Shown piece by piece: positions 63,178 through 64,000 of a DNA stretch of 64,000 nucleotides. This stretch comes from Octopus sinensis. Its lineage: Eukaryota. The stretch spans positions 3,038,001 to 3,102,000 of the forward strand of contig NC_043025.1 of the NCBI RefSeq assembly GCF_006345805.1, read 5' to 3'. Every line of letters starts with the position of its first letter. The stretch's first letter is position 1. The notes beneath the pieces were generated by a model. It was given only the letters and a program-made list of their open reading frames with translations. It ran no database searches and was not told where the DNA came from. The translations under genes and the position numbers were made by a program.

Positions 63178-64000
63178 TAAAATATGAATATTGTATAATA
63201 TATCGAATGATGTTTTTTTTTTCAAAATTTGAAGTAAAATTGTAATATGGTCTTTGTTTGAAATGCAAAATAAAAATTAAAAATTACTACTTTTGATGAG
63301 TTTTTAAATCCATATATATTTCCTTTGATATTCTACTGCGATAATCCATAATATTCATACTCAAAATCCGTCATATTATCTTGTATTCCAGTATAGTTTC
63401 TTTTCAATTTGGAATGGTTTTTTTCACATTATTTCTTCAGTTTTTTACCATTGCCTAGCTACTGGCATGAGACAGGAGTTCAAGGATGGTAACTTCTTTT
63501 AAGAAAATAATGGAGAAAATAATGAAGAAAGACGCGATGCTGTCATCACTAAAAGCATTTTTTCTTAAGGTGCCAAGAAGGAAGATAGTGCGCATGCGAG
63601 CGTGTGTATGTGTGTGTATATGTGTGCGTATGTGTGCCTATGAGTTCATGTGTTGGGAAATATGTCTGGGTCTGCACTGTGTAATTTCGATGTTTTCCAT
63701 TGAAAATAAAGTCAGTTTTCTTTTAATTTCGTGTCTTTGTATGAACAAACATTAGTACAATATTTACAAATTAGAAAAATACGACCCAATATTACAGAGA
63801 TGAGTATCATGTTATAAATAGTGAGTCAGAGACAACATGTATATATGTATATGTATTAAAGAAAGCAAAAAATAAAACAAAAATGAGTGTTCAGTATGTT
63901 GGCGACGGGAATTTCTGTCAAAGAGACATGGTTAAACAAAGTTGTACAACATTTCCCTCTTCCTCTCACATACCCACTTTCTCTCTCTCTCTCTCTCTCT

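Overview
Eukaryotic, repeat-saturated DNA with no intact host gene that I can support. The tRNA-derived SINEs, long (TA)n/(GATA)n/(TAA)n/(CA)n tracts and retroelement families suggest an octopus/cephalopod genome (inference). The main feature is bases 1-10816, a 69-bp tandem array of about 157 units that runs off the window's left edge and has a 3297-bp higher-order period. One reading frame of the unit gives the 23-aa peptide ETAEQRALRNTQNAAATANARAS, which resembles an STPR DNA-binding repeat. That frame continues, across one TAA, into a decayed PIF1-type Helitron helicase (10820-11908), and a Helitron 3' hairpin/terminus follows at about 13020. The satellite therefore looks like a hugely expanded coding repeat inside a Helitron that has lost its Rep domain. 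The rest of the window holds: Penelope-like element (PLE) remnants with at least seven recognisable minimal hammerhead ribozyme motifs, an R4/Dong-like LINE next to (TAA)n, two Tx1-like LINEs inserted in tandem into (GATA)n, ~555-bp elements bounded by (TAA)n, a non-autonomous Helitron cleanly inserted into a 28-bp minisatellite, Tc1 and pogo-type DNA elements, SINEs, a ~2-kb spacer-less palindrome centred on (TA)n, and local duplications. All coordinates were read by eye and element ends are approximate unless stated.
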